DNA of 64,000 nucleotides from the NCBI GenBank assembly GCA_964016885.1, contig OZ024741.1, positions 373,860,001 to 373,924,000 of the forward strand, in the 5' to 3' direction. Within the stretch, counting starts at the first letter, position 1, and every line of letters begins with the position of its first letter. The notes under the pieces were generated by a model. It saw only the letters and a list, made by a program, of their open reading frames with translations. It was not told the origin of the DNA and did no database searches. Positions 26,915-40,924 of the stretch are shown here, in pieces. The position numbers were made by a program, and so were the translations under genes. The stretch is from Eledone cirrhosa. Lineage: Eukaryota.

Positions 26915-27408
26915 AAGTATTTCCGTAGGAAGGGTAAAGGAAAGGAGAATGCTCTATGTATGCTACAGAGCTATTTAATTATGTAATAAACAACATAACA
27001 CATACAAAACATAACACACACAAAAACAAGATGGCGTAGGACAGAACAAAGGAGAGGCACAAAAAACAAAGAAAAGAATCCCCAGTCACTGAAGAGGTCA
27101 AAGAATGTGTGACGAAAGAACTTTGACAATATATAAACAACCATCTGGTTGTGGAACCAACCAACCAACTGGAAATTTATAAATTCCTAAATTTATAAAT
27201 TTATTATAATAAATTGAAGTGAAAGCAACTGGTGCGTGTGTTTCTTATTGGCAACATGACCCTCCCAAAGTATAACAATATAAGACAATTATTCGATTTA
27301 CCAAAGGTTTCACGAAAACAGACGAGCTCAACAGAGACGCCTGAAATCACTCATCAGAATCATCATTTGGTAAATGGAATAAATAATTGTCTTATTTTGT
27401 TTATTACA

Positions 27409-27412
<4 letters not shown>
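26915..27412. mobile_element. PLE family C fold-back interrupted by a family A fragment (26999-27280, HHR 27085-27127)
   Basis: Flanks match 46675-46902; insert matches the reverse complement of 21886-22170. Confidence 0.7.
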
Positions 27413-27503
<91 letters not shown>

Positions 27504-27728
27504 CAAGCAAGAATATTTTCGAAACAGCGAGTTGATTTGAAATTATTAGAAATGTTAGCTATCGCCGTATTTTGGCTAAAGAAATTAAAGAAATTATTTA
27601 GCCTGATAGTGGGGTTAAGAACCCTCAGAGAAATGGAAAAAGATGAGTATTGACGTACATGTACATATACGGCGATAGCTATATATCTTACACAATCACA
27701 CACATTACCATTATTATTCTCGTTATTA

Positions 27729-28368
27729 AGGGCGGTGGATTGGCAGTATTGGTAGACCTTCGGACACCATGCTTTGCAGCATAGAGTTATGGCCCTTTAC
27801 AATCTGATTTCAAATCCCGCTGAGGTTAACTTTGCCTTTCATCCTTACGGGGTCGATAAAATAAAGTACCAGTAACGTACTGGGGTCGATTTAATCGACT
27901 TTCCCCTCCCCCAAATTACTGGCCTTGTGCCTATACTAGAAATCATTATTGTTCTCGTTATTATCAGAACTGTCGGGCGGTCGATTGTCAGTATCAGTAG
28001 AGCGTCGGACAAAATGTTTTGCGATATTTAATTACGTCCCTTTACGTTCAAATCCGGCCAAGGTTATCTTTAGCTTTCATCCCTAAAGGGTCGATAAAAT
28101 AAAGTACCTATAATGCACTGGGGGCGATATAATCATATTTTCCCTCCCGCCAAATTGGTGGCTTTGTGCCATTATTATACGGTGGATTGGCAGTATCGGT
28201 AGAGGGTCGGACGCCATGCTTTCCAGCATAGTTACGTCCCTTTACGATCTGAGTTCAAATCCCGCCGAGGTTGACTTTGCCTTTCATCCTTACGGGGTCG
28301 ATAAAATAAAGTACCAGTAATGCACTGAGTAATTGCTGGCCTTGTGCCTAAAGTAGAAACAATTATTA
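27729..28368 (+). mobile_element. Three tandem short-tail SINEs
   Basis: Heads GGCGGTGGATTGGCAG near 27729, 27976 and 28180; each ends in ATTATT. Confidence 0.85.
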
Positions 28369-28594
28369 TACGCATGTTTAGTAGAATTGTTCCCATAACG
28401 TGGCTTGCCAACCTCCTGGCCACACTTCATTATTTAGTCTTCTCATTGTTTTTCAATCAATTATTTTCCTCTAGAGATCACTTATCTCCATAACTTATAA
28501 ATCTTTTTTGCTTTGGTTTTGTTTTTTCGTCTTCATTTCCCATCTCACCATTCCTCCTAACTAGATAGCATAGATATGTCTACAGATACCGTGT

Positions 28595-28760
28595 GCAGGT
28601 GTGTAGCTTAGTGGTTAGGTTGTTGTGGTCATAATCAAAACGTTGTAGGTTTGATTCTTGGACCGAGCAGCACGTTGTGTTCTTGAGAAAAACGCTCCAT
28701 TTCATTTCACGTTGCACCAGTCCACTCAACTGAAACAAAGAAGTGTGCCAGTAATGGCTG
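28595..28760 (+). mobile_element. CORE-like tRNA SINE, degenerate
   Basis: AGCTTAGTGGTTAGG..TTGTGTTCTTGAG..TTTCACGTTGC. Confidence 0.6.
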
Positions 28761-29295
28761 GGGTTTAACCCTTGGAACGGACTGTTATCAAATACAGAGG
28801 TGAGTCTCTTCATGGTAATCCTAGAGCCCCTATCATTAACTTATGAGATGCAATCTCATAGAAAGTGAGCTAAACCTACATTACGTGTGAACTATAACGA
28901 CAACAACACAATTAACCGATCACCACCAATTATGTAGTATTCAGCGTGGCTAAATGGCTCAGATGTTTGTTTCGCAATCATGAACTTCTTGGTTTTGTTT
29001 CAGTGTAGCATCTTGAGCAAGTATCATTTACCAGAACCTTCAAAATCACGCCCTACCAACTTAAAGAAAAGGCGCATTAAATGATGTGATCATATATATA
29101 TGCGCGCGTGTGTGTGTGTGTGAAAATGGGCTTGATTTTCGAAATCTGCGCCTCAATGAGGTTTTGGAGCACACGAAGTTACTTAATTTAGAAAAGAATA
29201 ATGGAAAAAGAAATAAAATTAGAATTTTGTTTTTAATGTTCGGCAAAGCCAGCCGATATGAAAATTAAGTTAATCAGCCGATGTATACTCTAGAG

Positions 29296-29626
29296 CAGCG
29301 TTTCTCAAACGGTGTTCCCCGGAACCCTAGGATTCCGCAAGAGGTCGCTAGGGGTTCCGCGAGAACCAGTGATAAATAAACTAATGTATTTTAAAAAGTA
29401 ATTTTTGTTTAATATTATATTCGTAATCTTACTATACATTTACTGCATATTGTCGGAAAATCCTTGTTTATTTTAAGAAAGGCTTCAACCTCTTATATTA
29501 TTTAAAACTAGGTCAATATAAGAGATAGATATTAATAATGGTATATAATAATTTTTATGTAGGGGTTCCATGAGACATGAACCTATTTCAAGGGTTCCAC
29601 AAGGGTAAAAAGGTTGAGAAACGCTG
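29296..29626. mobile_element. hAT (Charlie-like) MITE
   Basis: TIR CAGCGTTTCTCAA/TTGAGAAACGCTG; perfect 8-bp TSD CTCTAGAG. Confidence 0.9.
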
Positions 29627-30371
29627 CTCTAGAGAATACTTTATATTCCCAAGAGTTCTAGTGAGTGACAGAAGAGAGATACACAATCTTGATAAAGGGC
29701 AATAACCCAGAAACAATATTGTTGATTGTTTCTCTGTCACTGCTAGAACAAAAGGATGACGATGATCATTTAAAAACATATCGTAATGAAGCTGTTTGCT
29801 TGCTAATGGATCGAATATTATTATCATTCGATATAAAACTCACGAATGCAAAAACAAGAAGTAAATAATAATACTATCAATCACTGTTACTGTGACAATT
29901 TAAGTAATTTGGCTTTTATTGATCCTCTCGTGCGTTCCTTTAACATGACCTTGTTATTTCGTCTATTCATGCCGTCGTCCTCACAGATGTCACTCGATGT
30001 TTTCGTGAAGACGTTCACGCTAAGGTACACAACAAGCCACTAACACCAACCACTTCAACATACAGCTCCACTGAGTAAATTTCCATATAAACTACCTTGG
30101 GGACGATTCACGGGGTCGGGCTACGGGGAATAAGTAACGGGTGATGATGCACGTGGGGAAGACATGGTCTGATACGAAATTTAAAAAATTGAAAGAAAGG
30201 CATTCCGTGGTGAAAATTGCCCGCAACGACGGGCAACTCTGCTAGTATATTATATATAAAAAGGAAAATAGGCGGTTGAAATGCCTCTTAAAATAAAACC
30301 CAAATCCTATTCCTATCTGAGATGCATACTTCTTATCCTGTATTTCTATCCTATATCTGCTATTTAAGCTA

Positions 30372-30541
30372 CCGTATTTCCTGACGTCGAAGACGCTACT
30401 TTTTTCCTAAAATAAGTCTCAAAAATATACCATGAGTCCTGGAGGCCGAAGATTGTTTATTATTTCTTTTTTCAAATTTTTGGTTGTCAAAATTAGGGTG
30501 CATCCTCGAGGACGAAGCGTCTTCGTCGCCGGGAAATACGG
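30372..30541. mobile_element. Tc1/mariner-pogo-type MITE
   Basis: TA|CCGTATTTCC..GAAGACGC ... GCGTCTTC..GGAAATACGG|TA. Confidence 0.8.
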
Positions 30542-30838
30542 TATATAATGTAATTTAACTTTGCGTTGAAAGATGGTGTCTCCGCGAATCTAGAATTCAC
30601 TCTTCCCATCATTCACCTCACTGACAATAATTTCAGCAATAGTAACTTTCAAGGCCTCCCTACTCTGCTCTTCTAAATTCATCTCATGTCTCAGCCACTT
30701 CTCAATCTCTTTCAATCATCATCTGTCATCTTACGTCGTCATCTGCTTTAAAAACACTCGTCTCAAATCAATAAAGACCTGAAGACCTGAATCAAAATTA
30801 AACGATTTTATGAGAAACATTTCTTTTTGAACATCTTT

Positions 30839-31090
30839 AGGCGACGAATTGGTACAGTCGTTAGAACATCGGATAGAATGCTTTGCAGTGTTCGTTCTGG
30901 CTCTTTGCACACAGGTCGATAAATAAAGTACCAGTTTAGTACTGGAGTCGATTCTTCCTCTATATCTTTCTCTCTCCTTCTCTCTTTCACTCTCTCTCTC
31001 TCTCCTCTCCTTCTCTCTCTCTCTCACTCTCTCTAGATGAAATCGGATATGTTCAGACCTGGAAAGGGATAAACGTTACTAGGTTTAGAA
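30839..31090 (+). mobile_element. Long-tail SINE with internal deletion
   Basis: Head GGCGACGAATTGG, GGTCGATAAATAAAGTACCAG, (CT)n. Confidence 0.65.
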
Positions 31091-31169
31091 TGTTGTTGAG
31101 AGAGAAATACAATGAGAGAGAAAGAGAGAGACTGTGTGTGAAAGACATAAATATCACCATAGTAACTAA

Positions 31170-31353
31170 CTACACAGCAAGTGACGCTTTTCCGCCGACA
31201 CTACCAGCTTGTTGCCAACTGTTGTTGCCGGCTTGTGTGTTCGTTACTCGAGAGACCATTCGTCAACCAAGACGTTTTATGTTCGGGGGGAAAAAACTGT
31301 TCGTGAACCGACTTGTTCGTGATGAGAGGTGTTCGTGAACTGAGGTTCCACTG
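31170..31353. mobile_element. Tigger/pogo-like transposon end
   Basis: Ends GAGGTTCCACTG|TA with subterminal GTTCGTGA repeats; the other end was not found. Confidence 0.55.
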
Positions 31354-32014
31354 TATATACTTACACGATCCCATTGCTATTAATCTACTTAAGTAATTTT
31401 TATGATTTCTCTCGCTAATCCTCTCACCGTACCAACCATTGTACATTCTTTTTTTTCTTTCCGGTTACCACATTTTCACCGAACTCTTCATTTTCCTCTA
31501 ATTGTTTCCACAGTTCAAGAAATGTCTTACCTTCCTTACCTACCTTATCTTCCCCATCTACCACATCTTCCATCACTCTCGTTAACAGGTTTTTCACAGT
31601 CTGAACAATATCCTTCCAAGTCATTTAAATGTAATTTCCTAAATATACTAAATCTACAAGTACATCTGTGGTAAAGCAGTATATCTATTGTGTAGCGTTT
31701 ATAGTTCAATAGCGTGATGAAAACATTAAAGTGTTTGAGTGTTGCAATTTCTTGGTGTGTAGAAATGGAAAACCGTTTAGAATATTCGTGTAATTATTCA
31801 CCAGCATTTATCTAGAAAGCGATAGAATCTACCAAGTTGTAAAGACGCTACAAAGCATCGTGTTACAGATATAAAAATAAAAAAACGTATTATTTAAATC
31901 TTCCTGTAATAATTGCTTTGTTAGATGAATCTAAATTATGGTAGTCATTTATATCGTAGACAAGCAAGTGTACGCGTGTGTCTGTATGTGTGGGTGTGGG
32001 GAGACATGTAGTGA

Positions 32015-32370
32015 AAGCACGTGGCTTAATGATGATGAGAAGGTATTCAGTTCATGAACGTAAGGTCATGCGTTCAAATCCCAGCGGATAGCCTAGTGGT
32101 GAGGATGTTCAGCTCATGAAAGTAGAGTCATGAGTTCAATTTCCAGCAACTCGTTATATACTTGACCAAGATAATATATTTTACGTTGCTTCAGTTCACT
32201 CAGCTTAGAAAAACAGTCTTGTGTCTGTAATTCAAGGGGTAGGCCTTGTTACACTGTGTCACGCAGAATTTCCTTGAGAATTAGGTTATGGGTCGCTACC
32301 TTTTGAGTTCAAGCCACGGCGAGTTCAATTTTGCTTTTCATCTTTTCGAGGTCGATTAATAAAGTAAGGG
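32015..32370 (+). mobile_element. CORE-like SINE with duplicated head, plus a Deu/Nin-core fragment
   Basis: Two tRNA-like heads near 32018 and 32090; TTTTCATC..GAGGTCGAT near 32335. Confidence 0.55.
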
Positions 32371-33459
32371 GGGTAAACGCTTCTTCTGTATCACTTTTTT
32401 TATTTACTTACAGTCTGCCTCCCTTGAAGTTAAGCGATTAAAATGCAAGGGGTTTAGTATGTGTGTATATATATGTCGTCAGAATGAGCATCCTCCATCT
32501 CCAACTAATTTACCTTCTGCCTTTTGGTCCCGGTCGACAGGATGGAGAATACATAGCCCCGGAGGATGGCAAGGGAGATGCGTTGGGACAGCCACACCAC
32601 CTCGCGGGGCTCGCACCTGCGGGCAACCAACTCCTCTCCGATAACAATAAGCACAGGTGTGGTTTGGAGGCCGAGAAAGCTAGAAATATCCACTACTACG
32701 GCTCTACCACAAACCTATCAGAGGGCGGCTGATGCTTGTTTACCCTTCGGGGGTCTGTCTCCCTCTTCTCTAGAAGAAATCGGCAGTATTCAGTGATAGA
32801 AAGGAATGGGCTCGGGCAGATTTAAATGCCCAATACACACCGTATGTCATCACTACGGTACACCATAAAACTTCCTCAGTAGACGCCATATGTCAACACC
32901 TCGGGGGTTAAGTGTCATGTCAGTACGCTCTTTCAGCATGCTGATACATCTATAAGATATTAAACATCCTATGTCTTCTTGGCTCTTGTCTAAATCCTTT
33001 CTATTGCTCATGTTTTCATCATCAAACATTTCAAGATGCAATACCATAGAGGATTATATTTTTCCGCAAACATCTTTGAATAATTAATGAATTTCAGTGG
33101 AATAAAGAGAAAAGATATTAATGAACGCTTCACATTACTATACGCTCCTACGTACATATGGACTCAAGCAAAAACACGTATATAGAAAGGAACTGTGTAT
33201 ACATATATATGTATATATATGTGTATATATATATATATAGGGGGGGGGGGGTATGTGTGCATGTGTGTGTGTATATATATGTGTGTATGTATGTATATCT
33301 ATATATATATATATGTATATATATATGGATATCGATATATAAGTATATATATGTATATCTATATATATGTATATATATATATATATATGTATATCTATAT
33401 ATATATGTATGTATATATAGTTTAGTGATTGTACACATCGTCCTTTTTATCATTATTAC

Positions 33460-33489
<30 letters not shown>

Positions 33490-33490
<1 letters not shown>

Positions 33491-33886
33491 CGCAAAAGAT
33501 AAACAGAAATAATGAAGCAAACGACACAGTACAATGAAGAAATATATTATTAGTTTTACGTTTGATATAGTAGGAAAAGAGTCTTAACATTTGGGACGCT
33601 AGTCCTTCATCAGAAGATAAAATGAGAAATTAAAGAAGAAATAGAAAGATTGAGGAGCTGGGCAGTGGCGGAAATTGAAAAGATGTTTTAGGGAAAAAAC
33701 AGGTAATGGTGAGATAGAGATGATGAGAAGGGAGTAGTTGGAACAGAAAAGTAGAGGAGAAGTGGCAGTGAGTGGGGATATATTGGTATAAACCAAAAAG
33801 CTATCAGAGAAGAGTCCGGGTAAAAATCCAGTTTCGTGATGAAAATCCGATGTAAGAATCCCACGAGTTTTAGGTTCCACGTAAAC
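33490..33886 (-). mobile_element. PLE family D pLTR fragment with mutated HHR (33582-33617)
   Basis: Minus strand TCTT CTGATGA AGGACTAGCGTCC CAAA TGTT AAGA; between (TA)n tracts. Confidence 0.65.
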
Positions 33887-33920
<34 letters not shown>

Positions 33921-33961
33921 ATATATACATGTTATATATATATATATATATATACATATAT

Positions 33962-34496
33962 ACGGAAGATGATGTGGTTTAGAGGAAGAGCAAGGCCTGG
34001 GCGGCGTGTCACAGCTTGAGATCGGTGTGGAAGTCGGACCTTCGTAGAGACCTGAAAATCCGCCTCTTCATTGCTGTAGTGGAGTCTGTGCTGCTGTATG
34101 GGTCTGAGACTTAGACACTGACCAAGAGACTCACTCAGATGGTGGATGGGTGCTACACGAGAATGCTGAGGATGGCTCTGAACATTAATCAGTATACACT
34201 GAGGATGAAAAACTCAGAGCTGTATGGGAGCATCCCAAAAGTCAGCTCAAAAGTGACACAGAGGAGACTGAGGTTGGCTGGACATGCTCACCGACATCCA
34301 GAGTTGACATTGCACTCAGTGCTCCTTTGGGAGCCCCTACATGGACACACTAGAAGAGGAAGACCAATATGTTGATGCCCTAAGGACAGACACTGGTCTG
34401 TTGGAGATGCAGGATATGGCAGCGATAATGAGGGACAGAGACCGCTGGAGAGAACTCGTCCATGGATCTCGGGAATTTTACCCGCCTTAGATAGAT

Positions 34497-34500
<4 letters not shown>
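33962..34500 (+). mobile_element. RTE-clade LINE 3' end
   Basis: VWKS..KIRLF..VESVLLYGSET..YTRMLR..RRLRLAGH..RGRP..DRDRWR; (ATAG)n tail. Confidence 0.85.
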
Positions 34501-34589
<89 letters not shown>

Positions 34590-34591
<2 letters not shown>

Positions 34592-35699
34592 ACACACCCC
34601 TCCTTTTCACCGCCCACCCCACAACTAACAATACTAACACCTCCACTCCACCCCTCATCCGACCACCCTTCCCCAACTAACATACTAACATCCCTCCCTT
34701 CTTCTCCCCCCCCCTCCTTATCACACGCACACACCCACCGGCACATATATACACGCGCTCACACTAAACACACACCCTACTACCACCACTAACCGTCACC
34801 CCCACACCTCCATCCCACCACCCCGCAACTAACCTCACTAACACCCCCTGACCCCTAGCACACGAACACACGCACCCACTTACACCACCCACCCCACACG
34901 CAACTAACATCACTAACACCCCCCAACCCCACGCACACGTACCCACACACTCTCGTACACCACCAACTCTACACACCCTACCACCACTAACCCCCACTCA
35001 CACCTGCATTCAACCATTCCCCACCTCCCGTATACTAACACCCACTAACACCCCCTTCATCAAACTACACACACACCAGTACACCACACTCCCTCCATAG
35101 AACTACACACACCCTTCTCTCCCCGCTCCACCCACACCCTCGCTCCACACTCACTCATCCCACTAACACCTCTACTAATACACACACACACCCTCACTCC
35201 AACTTTCACACCTACCCATCCTCGCCCCATTTACCATTCCACCGACTGCTGCTATGCCCTCTGACCACCTCCCAGCACAAACAGACACACAGCACTCCCA
35301 CTGCTTGACCACTTCCTGTTGCGCGCGCACCCCACATTTCTCCTTTTCCGACCATCTCTTCATGGAATACTCGTATGTGGAACTTGACCACCACGGAATC
35401 TACTAAACATCATAGGAATTTACCAACTTTTCAACCATCCTCTTACGGAATCACCTATATAACTCACCCACACACACCCAAAAATATTTTTTCTCCACAC
35501 GCCACCTACACCTACAACACGCTTAAACCCCACACACACGTGCTTTCCACCACATATTTACACCCTCAGCCTCCTGATTCCTCTCCCTCCCCACCCCTCT
35601 ATCCACACACGCACAGACACTCTGACCTACACCCCCACCCCCCCACACACACACCTCTTCCTGAACATGCAACCCCGTTCTTCCCCCAACCCTTACTTT

Positions 35700-35750
<51 letters not shown>

Positions 35751-36166
35751 CTACACACACACACCACCTTCAGCCCTCCCCGCTCGGACACCCCGTCTCC
35801 CTCTCCTCACTCCACTCGCCACCACCCCCACACACCCCACACCCATCCACCACCTGTTTTACCCCTTTTTAATTTCAGTTTATTTTGATCATGCTTTTAT
35901 ATTTAATTTTATTTCATTCCTTGTATTTTGATCATGCTTTATTTTTATTTTTATTTTTAATTTCATTCGCACCGTTTCCTTTCGCTATATGTCTCTCCAC
36001 CACTCCCCTACACACCCTTTGAACTCTGTTCCCACACACTTCTCACCTGAGGAAGGGCTTATGCCCGAAACGTCGTTCCCCACCACCACCCCACTCTCCA
36101 GAGCGTGAAATTAATAAACATTCGTTGTACTGCCTCTCTGTTTTGTTCCTGTTCAAATTTTTCCAT

Positions 36167-36167
<1 letters not shown>
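34590..36167 (+). mobile_element. C/A-rich low-complexity segment ending in a PLE-like pLTR
   Basis: Bounded by (TA)n; HHR and AATAAA near the 3' end. Confidence 0.5.
36045..36076 (+). ncRNA. Minimal hammerhead
   Basis: AC CTGAGGA A GGGC-TTAT-GCCC GAAA CG TC GT. Confidence 0.75.
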
Positions 36168-37217
<1,050 letters not shown>

Positions 37218-37397
37218 GGATATGTGTTCCTTCACGCACAAGGCGCCAAGGTACGCATGTAATGTCCAACCAAATACCAGTGTGGTTCAATGGCAGGTTA
37301 ATAAATTAACGAGCCAGAACAAATATAAACAAGGTTTAGCAAATAATGAAAAAGTTTTAAAATAAATTTTAAAAAATTGACTTTACCTACTATAGTT

Positions 37398-37480
37398 ACC
37401 TTTACCGATCGGTTTCGAATCCCAAAAATAAACGGAGACCATACGGCCTTCGTTGCAAAGAAAGATTCTCGTCAGAAGGT
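37398..37480 (-). ncRNA. Type I hammerhead with all core nucleotides intact
   Basis: Minus strand ACCTT CTGACGA GAATC..GATTC GAAA CCGATCGG TA AAGGT. Confidence 0.85.
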
Positions 37481-37710
37481 TCTTTTCATTCGAAGAATAT
37501 AAAATTCCTGTATTTAAATTACTAACTAGCGCTATCAAAACTGTTCCTGGGATGAGAGTCGATGTGAGGATGTTTGCTTGCAAACGAATCGAATATTAAT
37601 AATGTTATCATAATATTATATAAAAGTTATTATAATATTATATATTATACGATCTATTGTTCGTGAAGAAATAGAGTCAACATGGGATACAAAGAAAAAT
37701 TGAAAACAAA

Positions 37711-37770
<60 letters not shown>

Positions 37771-38369
37771 AAATGTGTGTAATCCTTGGTACAGTTAGGT
37801 ATATTAAGACAGGGGGGAAGAAAAAATGGCTTCACTTGTGCTTTCAACAAATTTATTTTCTTCACAAAATCCAAAAAGAATTTTTCTTAAAAAAAATTAT
37901 TTTATAAATTAAGTTGTTGGTTGTTGGTTAGGTCTTAGGAGTTCTTGGTTAACGTAGGAGGTATTGTTTCGTTTTTAGAAAGACCTTTCACGCTGAGGTG
38001 CGCTTGTCAAACTGATGTGTATGTGGTGTGTTGTTCTATATATAGGGATTTAACATGTCTGTGGTGTGGTGGGGGTTTCTTTTCTCCCCCTTTAATAAGT
38101 GCATGGGTGTAGGTGTGTTGAAAAAGTGTTCATAGCAGTAATGAGTTGAGACGGTGAGTAGGGTTGGGTGGGGAGAAATGTAGCAAGTGCGGCCTGCCCC
38201 GGTCATTCTCGAAAAATTCCTTTATTCAGGGGAAAAAGCTTTTAGCATTGCTTTTCTGTTGAGAATGGTCACAGGCAAATCGCACCTGTCAAGTTTGTGA
38301 ATAATTATTTTTTTCTTTTTTTTTTTCCTGAAAAATTTTTCTACGTCCATCCCAAAGTTAGTCCTTTGT

Positions 38370-38563
38370 TCAACACACACATATATATGTGCGCATATAC
38401 GTACATACACACACAGGCATATGTAGGAATATATAGGCACACACCATCAATCACACACCCATGTACAAATACATACACAAAAACATATAGATACACATAT
38501 AAAAACACACATACACATACGTACACACACGAATATGTACTCATACCTCCACATGGGTATATA

Positions 38564-38595
<32 letters not shown>

Positions 38596-38600
38596 CACAT

Positions 38601-38635
<35 letters not shown>

Positions 38636-38930
38636 CATACATATACACATACACACACACACATATATATATATACACACACACATATATATATATATAT
38701 ACATATATACATACATATACATACATACATATACATACATATACACACATAAAGATACATAACTAAATATACATATATACACATACACGCACACATACAC
38801 ACACACGCGCGCACGTGTATACACACACACACACACATATACATATGTCCGTATATATACCCCTCCGTTCACACATACATGCATACATACACACACATCT
38901 ATATATATATACACATATAAACAGAGAGGC

Positions 38931-38993
<63 letters not shown>

Positions 38994-39108
38994 CATACAC
39001 ATACATATACACATATGTACACATAAACACATACAGACACATACACACATATATACATACATATACACATACATACATATCCATATACACATATATACAC
39101 ATACATAT

Positions 39109-39151
<43 letters not shown>

Positions 39152-39542
39152 CATACACATACACATACAAGTACATACATACACACATACATACATACAT
39201 ACACATACATGTACATACATATATATATATATATATATATACATATATACATACATATATATATACATATATATACACATACACACACATACATACACAC
39301 ATACATATGTACATATATATATATGTGCGTACACACGAGCACATAAAGACACATATACACATACACATATAGAGACATATATATACATATATATACACAT
39401 ACATCTACATACATACATATACACAAACAGAAACATACACATATGTACACACATATATACATATATGCACATACATACACACATACACACATATATATAT
39501 GTACATACACATACACACACACATAAACATACATATCTATCC

Positions 39543-39577
<35 letters not shown>

Positions 39578-39702
39578 TATACAAACATACACATACATAC
39601 ATGTACATATACACATATATACACACATACACACATACATATATATATATATATATACATATATATATACACACACACATACAAACATACACACATCCAT
39701 AC

Positions 39703-39733
<31 letters not shown>

Positions 39734-39800
39734 TACACACACCCACATACATATATACCCCCACGTACATACATCCATACATCCCTACACACATATATGT
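38370..39800. repeat. Degenerate TA/CA/TACA low-complexity tract
   Basis: Directly visible. Confidence 0.9.
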
Positions 39801-39859
39801 GTGTGTCTCACCGTTCATTCAGATATTCATGTGTATACATAAGAAGAGGGGGGGGGGTA

Positions 39860-40495
39860 GTGAAATGGAATTTTACCTCCGAGTGTTAATTCATTTTTCG
39901 TGTTCAGTAGTGGTTTAAATTTTTCAATGAAGAATTCTTCTTTATATCTGCGGAAATGTTCGTTATCCGACCATATCTTGAAGAAAGGGAAGATTGTGAA
40001 TTTTCCCTTCCCGCATGATGCAAAGTGTGCGCTACATGTGGTATTTCTGACTGTGGGTCTTTAATCTGTTGTTTATGTACCCGGACTCTATCATGTAATC
40101 CCGTTCCGGTTTCCCCAATGTAATACTCTTTACACTGTGGACATGTTGCGCAATATATTAGGTTTTTCGTTTTGCAGTTCATGTTAGCATTGACCTTGAA
40201 ATTATCATGATTTTTGAAGGACAACTGTTTGCCCTCTTCGATGAGTTCACAGGTTCCACATCGAGGGTCCCCGCATTTCGTCACTTGCATTGATTCCATG
40301 TTGGTTGTAAATTTTGCCTTGGTAATTAATTTTTTAAGGTTGGGTGCTTGGCGTCTGCTATAAATTATCTGTGTGTTTTTTAAGAGTGCATTCATTTTGG
40401 TAGATTGCTGTAGAATCGGGAGATACTGCTTAGCAGTTTTCACAATGTTGATGTTCCCTGGGTTGTGAGTGATGACAAAAGGGATAGCAGGGTTT
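39860..40495 (-). pseudogene. PLE (Neptune-like) Cys-linker and GIY-YIG fragment
   Basis: RRQAPNLKKLI..KCGDPRCGTC..CKTKNLIYCATCPQC..YIGETG..RVRVH. Confidence 0.85.
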
Positions 40496-40514
40496 TATTT
40501 TTTATATATATACA

Positions 40515-40924
40515 TTAGTGGTTATAAAAGTGTGATTAGTTGTCCAGCTTCTAGGTTACGGTACATAAACAAACACAGACAAACAGACACGCTGCTCCTC
40601 AGACACAAACAAATATACACACATATATGTATATAATTTTATTGGTTTCATTAATTAGACCGGAGCCATGTTGACGTATTGTCCTCAAAAGTTTACCCGA
40701 TCATGTATATATATATATATATATATACATGATCGGGTAAACTTTTGAAGACAATACGTCAACATGGCTCCGGTCTAATTAATGAAACCAATAAAATTAT
40801 ATACATATACATATATGTGTGTATATTTGCTTGTGTCTGAGGGGCAGCGTGTCTGTTTGTCTGTGTTTGTTTATGTACCGTAACCTAGAAGCTGGACAAC
40901 TAATCACACTTTTATAACCACTAA
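40515..40924. repeat. About 190-bp inverted duplication centred on (TA)n
   Basis: 40515-40705 versus 40728-40924, with few mismatches and one small indel. Confidence 0.9.

Noticed and set aside
37900-38340. Possible PLE RT N-terminal remnant on the minus strand
   Set aside because: Only faint resemblance (IIHKLDRCDLPVTILN); too degenerate to call
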